A stretch of DNA of 64,000 nt from sequence record SRR20825010_2136; one strand, 5' to 3'. Of the stretch, positions 39,086 through 50,599 are shown one piece after another (within the stretch, counting starts at the first letter, position 1; the number at the start of each line of letters is the position of its first letter). The position numbers and the translations under genes are program-made. The notes below the pieces were generated by a model. That model worked only from the letters and a program-made list of their open reading frames with translations, did no database searches and was not told the origin of the DNA.

Positions 39086-41596
39086 TTGACAATAGAACAA
39101 CTCAATATTGACGATGCAAATGAGCAGGTACTGTTTGCCGATGTGGCTTTACCAGTCCCTGTGCCCATGCTTTATACCTATAGTATTCCAGCGGAATATC
39201 GTGGGAATATAAAAGAGCGGACGAGGGTTATCGTTCAGTTCGGGAAAAAGCGAATAGTCACTGGAATTGTGGAAAAGGTACATAGAAATCGCCCAGAAAT
39301 CTATGCTGCCAAACCCATTTTAGAAGTACTGGACACCGAGCCTATCATTACCCGCATGCAAATGGAGGTGATGAAATGGATGGCAAACTACTACATGTGC
39401 ACCTTTGGCGAAGTGATTAATGCAGCATTGCCTTCCGGCCTAAAACTGAGCAGCGAGTCGCGCATTCAGTTGCATCCACACAACGATTGGAACGATAGTG
39501 AATATCCCTTTGATGATCGAGAACTGTTGATCCTTAAAGCACTAGAGCATAAAGACTCACTCACCTACAAAGAAGCCGCAGAAGCGATCGATCAAAAAAG
39601 TGCACTGAAATTCATTAAATCGCTCATTCAGAAGGATGTCATCATAATTTATGAAGAAGTAAGGGAGAAATATAAACCCAAAATAGTGAAGAAAATACGT
39701 CTGGCAGCAAGTTACGCTGAAGATGAAAAAACACTTCAATCACTTTTTGCGGAACTTGAGAAAAGACCAAAGCAAAGTGATATTCTACTGAAATACCTTC
39801 AAATGGTGCCTGTATATCAGAAACCAGAACGAAATGAAGCCGGTATTCCTAAAAGCACTATTAATGAAGCTAGACTTTCTGTTTCCTCGCTGAGCACACT
39901 CATTAAAAACAAAATATTTGAGGAGTTTGAAGAAATCATTTCTCGTTTCGAAGAGAATACTGAGGTTTTTGAAGCTTCTCCCCTTTCTGAGATTCAAGAA
40001 AAAGCCAAGCAGGAAATTCTCGATATTTTTGAAGAGAAATCAACTGCCTTACTCCACGGAATTACGGGTAGTGGAAAAACTGAAATCTATATTTCGTTGA
40101 TTCAAGAAGTACTAGACAATGGACTACAGGTCCTTTATCTGCTACCAGAAATTGCATTAACCGCCCAGATTGTTAATCGCTTAAAAGTGGTTTTTGGTGA
40201 CCGAATGGGTGTTTACCATTCTAAATTCTCAGACAATGAGCGCGTAGAGGTTTGGATGGGGTTGTTGGATGGCCGTTTCGATTTCATCGTAGGCGTAAGA
40301 AGTGCCATATTCTTGCCTTTTGCTGATTTGGGATTAATCATTGTGGATGAAGAGCATGAGAACTCTTACAAACAGTACGAACCTGCTCCTCGCTATCATG
40401 CCCGTGATGTAGCACTTTTTCTAGCTCATAAACACGGTGGTAAAACCATTTTGGGTTCGGCCACTCCTTCCGTTGAATCCTTCTACAACGCCAAAATAAG
40501 CAAATATGGTTTGGTAACCATCAACAACCGTTATGGTGACGCGCAACTGCCTCAAATGGTTTTCGCTGACATAAGAACCGAAAAGAAACGTAAAACAGCC
40601 ACTGGAAATTTTTCTTCCGTGCTTATTGAAGCTCTTGGCGGAATACTTGAGAAGAAAGAACAAGCCATTGTGTTTCAGAACCGCAGAGGCTATTCAAATT
40701 TCATCACCTGCGATGACTGTGGCTATACCCCTGAATGCCCAAGATGCGCGGTAAGCCTTACTTATCACCAATATAAAAACCAGCTGAACTGCCATTATTG
40801 TGGGCATAAAGAACCTGTTCCTGTCACCTGCCCCGCTTGTGGTAGTCAGCGCATAAGAACGGTAGGTTTTGGGACCGAGAAAATTGAGGAAGACCTCAAA
40901 CTAATTTTCCCGGATGCTAAAATCCAGCGCATGGATTTAGAAACTACACGGGCTAAATATGCCTATCAAAATATCATTAAGGATTTTGAGGATGGAAAAA
41001 TAGACATCTTAGTAGGCACACAAATGGTGAGCAAGGGCCTCGATTTTGATCGCGTGAGTTTAGTGAGTGTTTTTGACATTGACCGAATGATTCATTTTCC
41101 TGATTTCAGGTCAATGGAACGCACTTACCAATTGACGACCCAAGTAAGTGGGCGAGCAGGTAGAAAGGACATTGCTGGTAAAGTAATCATTCAAACTGGT
41201 GATCCAGAACAGCCCATTCTAAAATTGATTTCACAACAGAAATACAACACTTTTTTCGACCTAGAAATGCAGGAAAGGGAGAAGTTTAACTACCCTCCTT
41301 TTTCTAGGATGATCAAAATTTTAGTAAGAAGTAAGGATAAACGACTATCGAAAGATGCCGCTGAATTTTTAGGAAATATTCTAAAAGAAGACCTAGGTAC
41401 ATACCGCGTCTTAGGACCACACGAACCAATTGTCAATAAAATAAGAGATAAATACCTGATGGAGATTTACCTCAAAATTGAACGTAAATACAACATCAAT
41501 TCGGTTAAGGAAAAGATCAAGTCCGCCTACTTAGAAGCCCTTCGGAAAAAGGACTTCACACAAGTAGAGTTTATCACCGATGTAGATCCTTACTAA
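39086..41596 (+). CDS. priA: Primosomal protein N' (replication restart helicase)
   Basis: HGITGSGKT, DEEH, NRRGY, four CxxC pairs, GTQMVSKGLDF and QVSGRAGR. Confidence 0.97.
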   Translation: MTIEQLNIDDANEQVLFADVALPVPVPMLYTYSIPAEYRGNIKERTRVIVQFGKKRIVTGIVEKVHRNRPEIYAAKPILEVLDTEPIITRMQMEVMKWMANYYMCTFGEVINAALPSGLKLSSESRIQLHPHNDWNDSEYPFDDRELLILKALEHKDSLTYKEAAEAIDQKSALKFIKSLIQKDVIIIYEEVREKYKPKIVKKIRLAASYAEDEKTLQSLFAELEKRPKQSDILLKYLQMVPVYQKPERNEAGIPKSTINEARLSVSSLSTLIKNKIFEEFEEIISRFEENTEVFEASPLSEIQEKAKQEILDIFEEKSTALLHGITGSGKTEIYISLIQEVLDNGLQVLYLLPEIALTAQIVNRLKVVFGDRMGVYHSKFSDNERVEVWMGLLDGRFDFIVGVRSAIFLPFADLGLIIVDEEHENSYKQYEPAPRYHARDVALFLAHKHGGKTILGSATPSVESFYNAKISKYGLVTINNRYGDAQLPQMVFADIRTEKKRKTATGNFSSVLIEALGGILEKKEQAIVFQNRRGYSNFITCDDCGYTPECPRCAVSLTYHQYKNQLNCHYCGHKEPVPVTCPACGSQRIRTVGFGTEKIEEDLKLIFPDAKIQRMDLETTRAKYAYQNIIKDFEDGKIDILVGTQMVSKGLDFDRVSLVSVFDIDRMIHFPDFRSMERTYQLTTQVSGRAGRKDIAGKVIIQTGDPEQPILKLISQQKYNTFFDLEMQEREKFNYPPFSRMIKILVRSKDKRLSKDAAEFLGNILKEDLGTYRVLGPHEPIVNKIRDKYLMEIYLKIERKYNINSVKEKIKSAYLEALRKKDFTQVEFITDVDPY

Positions 41597-41612
41597 GAAC
41601 CCAATGGCTTAC

Positions 41613-43010
41613 TTATTCCCCTTCAAACTCTTCACTATTGTCTAATGAAGAGTCTTTTGTTTCGGGCTGAATTTCAGCTTTAGGCTCAACCTTTGGCACT
41701 ACTTTCTTTGGAACAATAGATGAATTGGCTTGAGTCTTGATAGGCTCAGCAGTCCTCAAGTCTGGCTCCATTCGCTCAATAAAATATGAGATTTTTCGTG
41801 CTCCTTTCATGCCTTCTGGCAATGTGTCTGTATTTTTACTGAAGCTAATCAAGCCCCAAGTCATAATGATACTCGTTGACAAAATGGTGATCAAAATAAT
41901 ATCTCCATTGAACAATTCAGATTGAAGTTCCACAGGAATTGAGAAGAACAACAACACTGTAATTAAGCCTCTTGGGCTAATCATCAGTTCTGGTAGAATA
42001 GACTTCTTCCAGAAAAAGACCTTCAATACAATAACTCGAATTAAGAAAAAGGACGCAACAATCATTAAGCTGATTCCCAATACTTCTAGGTTCACTAGAG
42101 CTGAAAGATTAATCGTAGTTCCGAATACCACAAAAAAGAAAGTTCGTACCACAAAAGCAGTTTCCCGAGTGACCAGATGGAGCTCGTCTAGAATTTTATC
42201 AACTACATCGTGTTTGACCCACTTTTTGAGCTTCCCAACAAAAAAGAGCTCACTGTTATTAATTACCAAACCAAAGGTCAGGATGATAACTAAAGAAGAA
42301 AGGTGCATTTGTTTACCTATTGCATATATCAAAATCAACATGGCTATCAGCAAAAAGAGCTTTACCTCTCCTTCTATGCGCTGAAACAATAATACCAAAC
42401 CATAACTAAAAACGAAGGATATGACTATAGTGATAATGATGTTACCAATAATTCCATAGACTACTTCTCCTGCTTGCTCAGTTTCTGCATTTCCTGTTAG
42501 AAAATAGAAAAACATAATGCCGAGAATATCAGAAAAGGTACTCTCATAAATCATGAATTCCTTTTTATCCTTCATTAAGCTCGTTACACTAGGAATTACA
42601 ATAGCGCTACTTACAATAGAAAGCGGAATGGCGTACACTAGCGAGATAAAGGGATCCTCTTGATAAAATTGATTGATTATTAGTGCAATCAGAAAAGCGC
42701 AGCCAGCCAATGAAATTAGGGCTACAGTAAAGGATTTCCATATAATGGGCCATTTCTCCTTACTCAATTCTAGGTCTAAAGCTGCTTCTAATACAATCAT
42801 TATTAGCCCTACAATCCCTAGCAGTTCTAGGGTGCTAAAAATCAGCTTATCCTGATTGATACCGTAGGCGTCAAGTCCAAACTTTATCCCAATACCCAAA
42901 AGGATCAAAAGGATGACACTTGGGATATTCGTACGCTTAGAAAGTATATTGAACAAGTGTGAAAAAATGATCACACAAGACAGTGCTATGATAAGGTTGT
43001 ATACATTCAT
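41613..43010 (-). CDS. Cation:proton antiporter (CPA1/NhaP-like)
   Basis: Multiple TM helices; IVSSAIVIP, YESTFSD, FVVRTFFFV and PRGLIT motifs. Confidence 0.85.
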   Translation of the reverse strand: MNVYNLIIALSCVIIFSHLFNILSKRTNIPSVILLILLGIGIKFGLDAYGINQDKLIFSTLELLGIVGLIMIVLEAALDLELSKEKWPIIWKSFTVALISLAGCAFLIALIINQFYQEDPFISLVYAIPLSIVSSAIVIPSVTSLMKDKKEFMIYESTFSDILGIMFFYFLTGNAETEQAGEVVYGIIGNIIITIVISFVFSYGLVLLFQRIEGEVKLFLLIAMLILIYAIGKQMHLSSLVIILTFGLVINNSELFFVGKLKKWVKHDVVDKILDELHLVTRETAFVVRTFFFVVFGTTINLSALVNLEVLGISLMIVASFFLIRVIVLKVFFWKKSILPELMISPRGLITVLLFFSIPVELQSELFNGDIILITILSTSIIMTWGLISFSKNTDTLPEGMKGARKISYFIERMEPDLRTAEPIKTQANSSIVPKKVVPKVEPKAEIQPETKDSSLDNSEEFEGE

Positions 43011-43214
43011 GGCCTAATAATAGGAAAAAGAAAATTGTGAGGTTAAAAATGAGCTTAATAATTGACTTCAACCTTATTTTTACGTTTATGGTTTCAAATA
43101 AAATTTAAACAGGGACTCTCAAAAAGTATGTGAAAACTTCGTTTATACTATACTCCAAAAATATATTCACCTCTACCAATTAAAAAGTGCACCCGATAAT
43201 TTAATATTGCATCA

Positions 43215-43589
43215 ATGAAAAATATGTTCAAGTCCATCCTCATATCGCTCACCTTATTGGTGTATGGGATGAGTGTGGATAGCCTGTTGAATAGGGCTTT
43301 GGTTAAACAGCAAGTTGAGCACATTCAGGCAGACAAAGTTGAGGATGCCTTCACTCCTTCTTATTCTAGTTTATTTCATTTACCAGCCTTTAATGAGTTG
43401 GTCACTGAAACATCAACTAATTTTCAAGAATCAGAGACAAACTACCTCCCTCATTGGGCTGTCATTAAAAATTCAGCTTCAGATAATACAAAGCAGGCTC
43501 TCTGGCGTAAGGAACTCGTAAGGTCAATACAAATCAATCTTAGCCTTACAGTCAAAGACATCATTTTCCCTTTCCATACCTTCTCGTAA
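43215..43589 (+). CDS. Hypothetical small protein with N-terminal hydrophobic segment and C-terminal IIFPFHTFS (candidate leader peptide)
   Basis: 124-aa ORF with a signal/TM-like N-terminus and a distinctive aromatic C-terminal motif directly before the stop. Confidence 0.7.
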   Translation: MKNMFKSILISLTLLVYGMSVDSLLNRALVKQQVEHIQADKVEDAFTPSYSSLFHLPAFNELVTETSTNFQESETNYLPHWAVIKNSASDNTKQALWRKELVRSIQINLSLTVKDIIFPFHTFS

Positions 43590-43651
43590 GCATTCCATTT
43601 ATTTCTTAGGCGAACAATCCGTTGGCCATTTATTTTATGGTTTCAGAATTC

Positions 43652-43686
43652 ATATTGGAGTTCTGTGGCCTCCAATATTATTTAAT
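43652..43686 (+). terminator. Hairpin between the candidate leader ORF and the downstream gene (possible attenuator)
   Basis: ATATTGGAG-TTCTGTGGC-CTCCAATAT followed by TATTTAAT; the stem ends 18 nt before ATG 43697. Confidence 0.4.
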
Positions 43687-43696
43687 CAAAAAGAAA

Positions 43697-44185
43697 ATGG
43701 AATTATCATCAACACTATTTGGAATAGCTGCCATGGCAGTATTTGTGCTTCCTATTGTTTATTTACAAGGAATGCAAAAGAAAAAGGAAAAGAAATTATA
43801 CGCTGAATTTCTCCAGTTAACGCAAGAAAAAGGCTTAAAACTCACCCACAGTGAGGTATGGAATTATGTGTATTGTTTAGGTTTGGATGCACAAACCAAG
43901 CAGCTCATCCATTTCAAAAAGAAAGGTGAAACACCTGAAACCCAACTGATCGACTTGAAGCTATTCAAAAAATGCGCTGTGAATAAAGTGGGTAGAACTG
44001 TGAAAACAAACGATGGCCCTATTACGATAATCGAGCGTTTACATTTGACTTTAACCCCCACAAACGTACAAAGCAAAGTTGAAAACATAGAGTTTTACAA
44101 TGCGGATGAAAGCAGTTCAGTAACTACAGAGCTACCCTTACTTGCTAAATGGGAAAAACAAATTAGCGAAGCCTTAGAAACATAA
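43697..44185 (+). CDS. Hypothetical membrane-anchored protein
   Basis: ATG 43697 follows an A-rich leader; one N-terminal TM helix (LFGIAAMAVFVLPIVYL), then a soluble domain (LGLD...LIDL...IEFY...LAKW). Confidence 0.8.
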   Translation: MELSSTLFGIAAMAVFVLPIVYLQGMQKKKEKKLYAEFLQLTQEKGLKLTHSEVWNYVYCLGLDAQTKQLIHFKKKGETPETQLIDLKLFKKCAVNKVGRTVKTNDGPITIIERLHLTLTPTNVQSKVENIEFYNADESSSVTTELPLLAKWEKQISEALET

Positions 44186-44200
44186 ATTAAATCAAAATCA

Positions 44201-44240
44201 AAGGTCTTGTGGGCTCAAGACTCACAAGACCTTATTTTTT
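44201..44240 (+). terminator. Rho-independent terminator
   Basis: AAGGTCTTGTG...CACAAGACCTT followed by ATTTTTT. Confidence 0.75.
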
Positions 44241-44316
44241 AATCCAATGAATTTATCAGATTGAATTATTAACTGCTCTCAAAAGTTATCTTTGCGGTTT
44301 AAAACCATAATCTGAA

Positions 44317-45786
44317 TTGAGTTTAACTATAGAAAATATCATGTTGATTGGTTCGCTATTGCTGTTCATCAGTATAATAGCGGGTAAAACCTCCTACCGT
44401 TTTGGAGTTCCAACCTTGGTATTATTCTTGGCCATAGGCATGCTGGCTGGCTCTGATGGGATTGGGGGTATCTATTTCGACAATCCTTCAGTGGCGCAGT
44501 TTATTGGAGTGGTTTCGCTTAATTTTATCCTTTTTTCAGGCGGGCTCGACACCAACTGGTCATCCATCAAGCCTGTATTATGGGAAGGAATTTCCCTCTC
44601 AACTCTTGGCGTTTTGCTGACTGCGGTAACCATGGGCACCTTTGTTTGGGCCATTACTGATTTCACTATTTATGAAGGACTGTTACTTGGTGCCATTGTA
44701 TCTTCCACAGATGCAGCAGCAGTTTTTTCCATTTTAAGAGGAAAAAACTTAGCCCTTAGGAATAACCTAAGGCCTACCCTAGAGCTGGAGAGCGGAAGTA
44801 ATGATCCTATGGCTTATGTATTGACCATTGCTTTTCTCTCCATAGTCATCAACCCAGATCAGAGTTTGCTCTCCATTATTCCTTTATTTTTAAAGCAGAT
44901 GATTATTGGTGGAGTTGCTGGTTTGCTTTTTGGAATGGTCAGTAAGTATGTCATCAACAGAATCAAACTCGGGTTTGAGGGACTCTATCCTGTTTTGGTG
45001 ATTTCGTTGATGTTCATCACTTTTTCCGGTACTGATGCCCTAGGTGGAAATGGTTTCTTGGCCGTTTATTTATGTGCCGTTTACCTTGGTAACCAAGACT
45101 TAATCCATAAAAAAACCATCTTAAAAATGTTTGATGGTTTAGCATGGTTGATGCAAATTGTACTCTTCTTAACCCTTGGGCTTTTGGTTTACCCAACAGA
45201 AATACTTCCTATTTTGGGTATAGGTTTGCTTATTTCACTCTTCCAGATTTTTGTCGCTCGACCTATTAGTGTGTTCCTAAGCCTAACGCCCTTCAAAATG
45301 AAAATGAGAAGGCGATTCTATATCTCGTGGGTAGGTTTAAGAGGTGCTGTACCAATCGTTTTTGCTACTTATCCTTTAATTGCAGGAATCGAAAAAGCAC
45401 CAATGATTTTCAATATTGTGTTCTTTATTTCGCTTTCTTCTGTACTTATTCAAGGAACCACCTTGTCAGTAATAGCCAAGTGGCTGAATGTATCTTTGCC
45501 AGAAGACTCTAAACCTAAATCGCCTTTGGATGACCTCCTTTCAGAAACCGCCAAGGCCATTATGGTAGAAATCAAAATGCCAGCAAATGGTATAGCGGTA
45601 AACAAAAAGATAGTTGACCTCAATTTTCCTAAAACCGCCCTTATCGCAATGATTAATCGCGACAACAAATTCATTACCCCTAGTGGAGCCACAGAAGTTT
45701 TAGCAGAAGACATTTTGGTGGTACTTTCTGACACACAAGATGGCATTAACGAAGTTTACGAGTGCCTGCAGGTTCAGAAATCCTAA
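44317..45786 (+). CDS. cvrA: K+/H+ antiporter NhaP2/CvrA with TrkA-C domain
   Basis: SSTDAAAVFS, LELESGSNDPMA, GLRGAVPI and a C-terminal TrkA-C domain; -7 element TATCTTTG at 44287-44294. Confidence 0.9.
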   Translation: MSLTIENIMLIGSLLLFISIIAGKTSYRFGVPTLVLFLAIGMLAGSDGIGGIYFDNPSVAQFIGVVSLNFILFSGGLDTNWSSIKPVLWEGISLSTLGVLLTAVTMGTFVWAITDFTIYEGLLLGAIVSSTDAAAVFSILRGKNLALRNNLRPTLELESGSNDPMAYVLTIAFLSIVINPDQSLLSIIPLFLKQMIIGGVAGLLFGMVSKYVINRIKLGFEGLYPVLVISLMFITFSGTDALGGNGFLAVYLCAVYLGNQDLIHKKTILKMFDGLAWLMQIVLFLTLGLLVYPTEILPILGIGLLISLFQIFVARPISVFLSLTPFKMKMRRRFYISWVGLRGAVPIVFATYPLIAGIEKAPMIFNIVFFISLSSVLIQGTTLSVIAKWLNVSLPEDSKPKSPLDDLLSETAKAIMVEIKMPANGIAVNKKIVDLNFPKTALIAMINRDNKFITPSGATEVLAEDILVVLSDTQDGINEVYECLQVQKS

Positions 45787-45796
45787 AGTATATCCA

Positions 45797-46750
45797 TCAA
45801 AACAACTCGGCTGCAATCTGCTTTACTATTTGAGACTTGCTCATGGTGTAGTAATGCAAACATGGTACTTTGGCGGCCATCAATTCTTTTGATTGCTGAA
45901 TGCACCACTCAATACCTACTTCTCTTGCCGCCTTATTATCCTTACATTTATCCAGCTCATCTACCAAATCATCAGGCAAATCGACATGGAAAATACTCGG
46001 CAGAATAGTGCTATGGTTCAAAGTAGTGATCGGCTTTAATCCTGGTATAATCGGTACATTAATGTCTGCTTTTCGGCATTTTTCTACAAAATCAAAATAC
46101 TTCTGATTATCGAAAAACATTTGGGTTACGATGTACTCAGCACCCATTTCTACCTTTTGCTTAAGGTACTTCATATCACTTTTTAGGCTTGGTGCTTCAA
46201 AGTGTTTTTCCGGGTACCCCGCCACCCCCATTGAAAAATTGGTTTTGGCCATTTCCGCTTCTTCATTTAGGTATTTCCCCTGATTCAAGTCCAACACTTG
46301 CTGCATCAATTCAGTAGCGAATGAGTGACCATCCGGGTCAGCAACGAACCTTCCCTCCGACTTAATGGCATCGCCACGTAACACCAACACGTTGTCGATC
46401 CCCAAGAAATCAAGGTCTATCAATGCGTTTTCTGTTTCTTCTCTACTGAAACCACCACAAATAATATGAGGCACGGCATCAATTCCATATTTGTTCATAA
46501 TGGCAGCACAAATCCCAACTGTTCCTGGACGCTTTCGAGTAGTTACTTTTTCAAGTAAGCCGTTAGCATGTTGCTTATAAATGTACTCCTCACGGTGATA
46601 AGTAACATCGATAAACGGTGGGTTGAACTCCATTAATGGGTCAATTGCATCAAAAATACCATTAACGTTTTCCCCCTTTCTTGGAGGTAGTATTTCAAAG
46701 CTGAAGAGTGTTTTACCTTTTGCTCTTTTTATATGTTGGGATACTTTCAT
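45797..46750 (-). CDS. metF: 5,10-methylenetetrahydrofolate reductase
   Basis: FSFEILPP, PFIDVTY, LRGD, VAGYPEKH, TQMFFD and LHYYTM motifs. Confidence 0.96.
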   Translation of the reverse strand: MKVSQHIKRAKGKTLFSFEILPPRKGENVNGIFDAIDPLMEFNPPFIDVTYHREEYIYKQHANGLLEKVTTRKRPGTVGICAAIMNKYGIDAVPHIICGGFSREETENALIDLDFLGIDNVLVLRGDAIKSEGRFVADPDGHSFATELMQQVLDLNQGKYLNEEAEMAKTNFSMGVAGYPEKHFEAPSLKSDMKYLKQKVEMGAEYIVTQMFFDNQKYFDFVEKCRKADINVPIIPGLKPITTLNHSTILPSIFHVDLPDDLVDELDKCKDNKAAREVGIEWCIQQSKELMAAKVPCLHYYTMSKSQIVKQIAAELF

Positions 46751-46789
46751 TTTCAGTGGATCAGTTATCGGACAATCAGAAAATCAGGT

Positions 46790-49504
46790 TTAAACATCAT
46801 AAGTCAAGTTCGGACCTAACCACTTCTCAGTTTCTTCTAAAGTCATACCTTTGCGTTTGGCGTAATTTTGCACTTGGTCTTTTTCAATTTTACCCAAACC
46901 GAAGTATTTAGCTTCTTCGTGCATAAAATAAAGTCCACTTACGGAAGAAGCTGGGTACATCGCCATGGATTCCGTGAGTATAATTCCTGTTTCTTCTTGC
47001 GCATTTAGTAAATCAAAAAGGATAAGTTTTTCGGTATGATCTGGGCAAGCTGGGTAGCCTGGTGCGGGACGAATTCCTTGATAATTTTCTTTGATCAGAG
47101 ACTCATTGTCAAATGTTTCGTTCTTCGCATAAGCCCAAAGTTCTTTACGAACAATTGCATGCATGGCTTCTGCAAATGCCTCTGCCAATCGATCGGCAAT
47201 GGCTTTGATCATAATCGAGTTGTAATCATCATGATCCTTCTCGTACTTTTCAACGAGTGGCTCAATACCCAAGCCACCTGTAACCGCAAAACCACCGACA
47301 TAGTCGATCTTCCCTGAATCTTTTGGTGCCACAAAATCAGCTAACGACAAGTTTGGAATACCTGTGCCTTTTTTACCCTGCTGTCTTAAGCTGTGAAACA
47401 CAGTTTTTACTTCGGAACGAGTTTCATCAATATATACTTCAATATCATCGCCCACACTGTTGGCAGGATAAAGCCCCACAACGCCATTGGCCTGTAATAG
47501 ATTATTCTCAATTACTTCATCCAGCATTCTATTGGCATCGTCAAAAAGTTTTTTTGCCTCCTTGCCAATCGTTTCGTTTTCGAAAATTCGAGGATACTTC
47601 CCTTTCAGCATCCATGTTTGGAAGAATGGAGTCCAGTCTATGTATTCTCTAATAATATTTAGGTCGAAGTTTTTGAATACCTTATTACCGATAAAGCTCG
47701 GTCTCACGTATTCCTTTTCTTCCCAGTTTACATTTAGTCTATTTCCTAAAGCCCTCTCATACGAGATGTAATGCTTAATTTCTTTACGATTAGCATGATC
47801 TTCCCTTAATTTGGCGTATTGCTTCTTGGTTTCAGCATTGTATTCTATTTTCCTGTCACCACTAATTAATTCTCCCGCCACAGGCACACTCTTAGAAGCA
47901 TCCAAAACATGAATAACAGGTCCAGAATAGACAGGATCAATTTTTACTGCCGTATGAATTCTAGAAGTAGTTGCCCCACCTACCATAAGCGGAAGTGTCA
48001 TCTTCCTCCTTTCCATTTCTTTAGCTACATGCACCATTTCATCAAGCGAAGGAGTAATCAAGCCGCTTAGACCAATTACATCTACATTTTCCTCAATGGC
48101 TTTGTCTAGAATTTTATCAGCAGGAACCATTACGCCCATATCAATAATCTCATAGTTATTGCAGGCCAAAACCACCCCAACTATATTTTTACCTATATCA
48201 TGAACATCACCTTTAACAGTGGCCATGAGGATTTTTCGCCCTGCGTCAGTCTTGGTTTGATCACGATTGGGGTCATTACGTTTGGCTTCCTTCTCTTCTT
48301 CCAAATAAGGTAAAAGATAAGCCACGGCCTTTTTCATCACACGGGCACTCTTCACTACTTGTGGCAAAAACATCTTACCAGAACCAAAAAGGTCGCCCAC
48401 TACATTCATACCATCCATTAAAGGTCCTTCAATAACTTTCAATGGACTTACATATTTCTGACGCGTTTCTTCCGTATCTTCATCGATAAACTCGATAATT
48501 CCTTTTACTAGAGCATGCTCAAGTCGTTTCTCAACTGATTCCTTCCTCCAAGCATCGTCTTTTACTTGTTTCTTCCCCTCGCCCTTTACCGTTTCGGCAA
48601 AATCCAGTAAACGCTCGGTAGCATCAGGCCTACGGTTTAAAAGTACATCCTCCACCCTTTCTAATAAGTCCTTTGGTATGTCATCATAAATCTCCAGCAT
48701 GGTTGGATTTACAATGCCCATGTCCATTCCATTTTGAATGGCATGATATAGAAAGGCCGAGTGCATGGCTTCGCGTACAGGGTTATTTCCTCGGAATGAG
48801 AAGGATACATTACTTACTCCACCACTGACGTGAGCACCCCGTAGGTTTTCTCTAATCCATTTGGTCGCCATGAAAAAATCAACTGCATTATTGTTGTGTT
48901 CTTCAATACCCGTGGCCACAGGAAAAATATTTGGATCGAAGATGATGTCGTTTTTAGGGAACTTGACCACATCGACTAGAATATCGTATGAACGCTTACA
49001 GATTTCGATCCTCCTTTCGTAGGAATCCGCTTGCCCATCTTCGTCAAAGGCCATTACGATCACTGCTGCTCCATAACGCTTTACTTTCTTAGCGTGGTCA
49101 ATAAATTGCTCTTCTCCTTCTTTTAAGGAAATCGAGTTTACTACACTCTTTCCTTGAACACACTTCAATCCAGCTTCGATAATTTCCCATTTCGATGAAT
49201 CGATCATTATGGGAATTCGAGAAATATCTGGCTCAGCCGCTATCAGGTTCAGGAATTTAACCATCGCCTCTTTACCATCAAGCATTCCTTCGTCCATATT
49301 GATATCCAGAATTTGAGCACCACCGTCTACTTGGTCGCGTGCAACTTCTAAGGCATCATCAAATTTTTCTTCCAAAATCAAACGTGCAAAACGCTTTGAG
49401 CCAGTTACGTTCGTCCTCTCTCCAACGTTAACAAAGTTAGATTCAGGCGTAACTATAAGCGGCTCTAAACCTGAGAGTTGGAGTGTACTATTGTTGTTTC
49501 TCAT
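46790..49504 (-). CDS. metH: B12-dependent methionine synthase, C-terminal polypeptide (pterin-binding, cobalamin-binding and reactivation domains)
   Basis: [33 protein letters not shown] and [12 protein letters not shown] motifs. Confidence 0.96.
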   Translation of the reverse strand: MRNNNSTLQLSGLEPLIVTPESNFVNVGERTNVTGSKRFARLILEEKFDDALEVARDQVDGGAQILDINMDEGMLDGKEAMVKFLNLIAAEPDISRIPIMIDSSKWEIIEAGLKCVQGKSVVNSISLKEGEEQFIDHAKKVKRYGAAVIVMAFDEDGQADSYERRIEICKRSYDILVDVVKFPKNDIIFDPNIFPVATGIEEHNNNAVDFFMATKWIRENLRGAHVSGGVSNVSFSFRGNNPVREAMHSAFLYHAIQNGMDMGIVNPTMLEIYDDIPKDLLERVEDVLLNRRPDATERLLDFAETVKGEGKKQVKDDAWRKESVEKRLEHALVKGIIEFIDEDTEETRQKYVSPLKVIEGPLMDGMNVVGDLFGSGKMFLPQVVKSARVMKKAVAYLLPYLEEEKEAKRNDPNRDQTKTDAGRKILMATVKGDVHDIGKNIVGVVLACNNYEIIDMGVMVPADKILDKAIEENVDVIGLSGLITPSLDEMVHVAKEMERRKMTLPLMVGGATTSRIHTAVKIDPVYSGPVIHVLDASKSVPVAGELISGDRKIEYNAETKKQYAKLREDHANRKEIKHYISYERALGNRLNVNWEEKEYVRPSFIGNKVFKNFDLNIIREYIDWTPFFQTWMLKGKYPRIFENETIGKEAKKLFDDANRMLDEVIENNLLQANGVVGLYPANSVGDDIEVYIDETRSEVKTVFHSLRQQGKKGTGIPNLSLADFVAPKDSGKIDYVGGFAVTGGLGIEPLVEKYEKDHDDYNSIMIKAIADRLAEAFAEAMHAIVRKELWAYAKNETFDNESLIKENYQGIRPAPGYPACPDHTEKLILFDLLNAQEETGIILTESMAMYPASSVSGLYFMHEEAKYFGLGKIEKDQVQNYAKRKGMTLEETEKWLGPNLTYDV

Positions 49505-49536
49505 TTCCTATGCAGTAAAAAGTCTTGTGAATTGGT

Positions 49537-50559
49537 TTAATCTTGAATTGCCTCACGTTCCAAGCTTCGCGGCTGATATTTAGCAGCCACATCCGCTATA
49601 GCCCTAATATGCTCTGGCGTGGTGCCGCAACAACCGCCAATAATGTTCAAGAAACCACTTGATAGAAAATCCTCTATCTGTTCAGCCATCTCTTCTGGTG
49701 ATTCATCGTATTCCCCAAACTCGTTTGGCAAACCTGCATTAGGGTGAGCGCTGGTGAAAAAATCAGCCTTATCGGATAAGGTCTCCAAATATGGACGCAG
49801 TTGTTTGGCTCCTAAAGCACAATTAAGCCCTATTGAGAGCAAAGGAATGTGAGAAACTGAAATTAAGAAAGCCTGAGTAGTTTGACCTGACAACGTTCTT
49901 CCACTGGCATCAGTAATAGTTCCAGAAACCATAATTGGCCACTCCTTTCCTTTTTCTTCAGAAACCTCTTCAATGGCAAAAAGTGCTGCTTTAGCATTCA
50001 AGGTGTCAAAAACCGTTTCAACCAAAAGTAAATCAACTCCCCCATCCGTAAGCGCGATTACTTGTTCCTTATATGCTTTTACCAATTGATCGAATGTAAT
50101 TCCTCTAAAGCCCGGATCATTAACATCTGGTGACAATGAAGCCGTTCGGTTAGTTGGGCCAATGGAACCCGCTACAAAACGAGGTTTATGTGGTTCTTGA
50201 GCAGTTATTTCATCTGCTACTTCTCTAGCAATTTTAGCCGATTCGAAGTTGATTTCATACACAGCATCCTCCAAATGATAATCGGCCTGAGCAATAGTAG
50301 TTCCACTGAAAGTATTCGTTTCAACAATATCAGCCCCAGCTAAAAAATACTGACGATGGATATCTTTTATGATTTCTGGACGAGTAATGGAAAGCAGGTC
50401 GTTATTTCCTTTAAGGGAATGTGAATGACCTTTGAATCTTTCTCCTTTAAAATCTTCTTCTTCCAAAGGGTGCCTTTGAATCATAGTGCCCATTGCACCA
50501 TCTAAAACCAAGATTCGTTCTTTGAGAATTTCCTTAATATTTCTTGACATATTTTGCAT
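49537..50559 (-). CDS. metH: B12-dependent methionine synthase, N-terminal homocysteine-binding polypeptide
   Basis: [24 protein letters not shown] and [11 protein letters not shown] motifs. Confidence 0.93.
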   Translation of the reverse strand: MQNMSRNIKEILKERILVLDGAMGTMIQRHPLEEEDFKGERFKGHSHSLKGNNDLLSITRPEIIKDIHRQYFLAGADIVETNTFSGTTIAQADYHLEDAVYEINFESAKIAREVADEITAQEPHKPRFVAGSIGPTNRTASLSPDVNDPGFRGITFDQLVKAYKEQVIALTDGGVDLLLVETVFDTLNAKAALFAIEEVSEEKGKEWPIMVSGTITDASGRTLSGQTTQAFLISVSHIPLLSIGLNCALGAKQLRPYLETLSDKADFFTSAHPNAGLPNEFGEYDESPEEMAEQIEDFLSSGFLNIIGGCCGTTPEHIRAIADVAAKYQPRSLEREAIQD

Positions 50560-50599
50560 TTAGAGTGCTTATCAAGAAAGACAGGGAGAGTTTTACAGG

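Noticed and set aside
43622-43696. N-terminal extension of the 43622-44185 ORF from a TTG start
   Set aside because: The extension spans the hairpin region; ATG 43697 has the A-rich Bacteroidota initiation context and directly precedes the TM helix.
46790-50559. metH in two ORFs as a possible frameshifted pseudogene
   Set aside because: The break falls at the domain boundary, there is a 32-nt spacer, each part has its own start and intact motifs, and a two-gene metH is normal in Bacteroidota.
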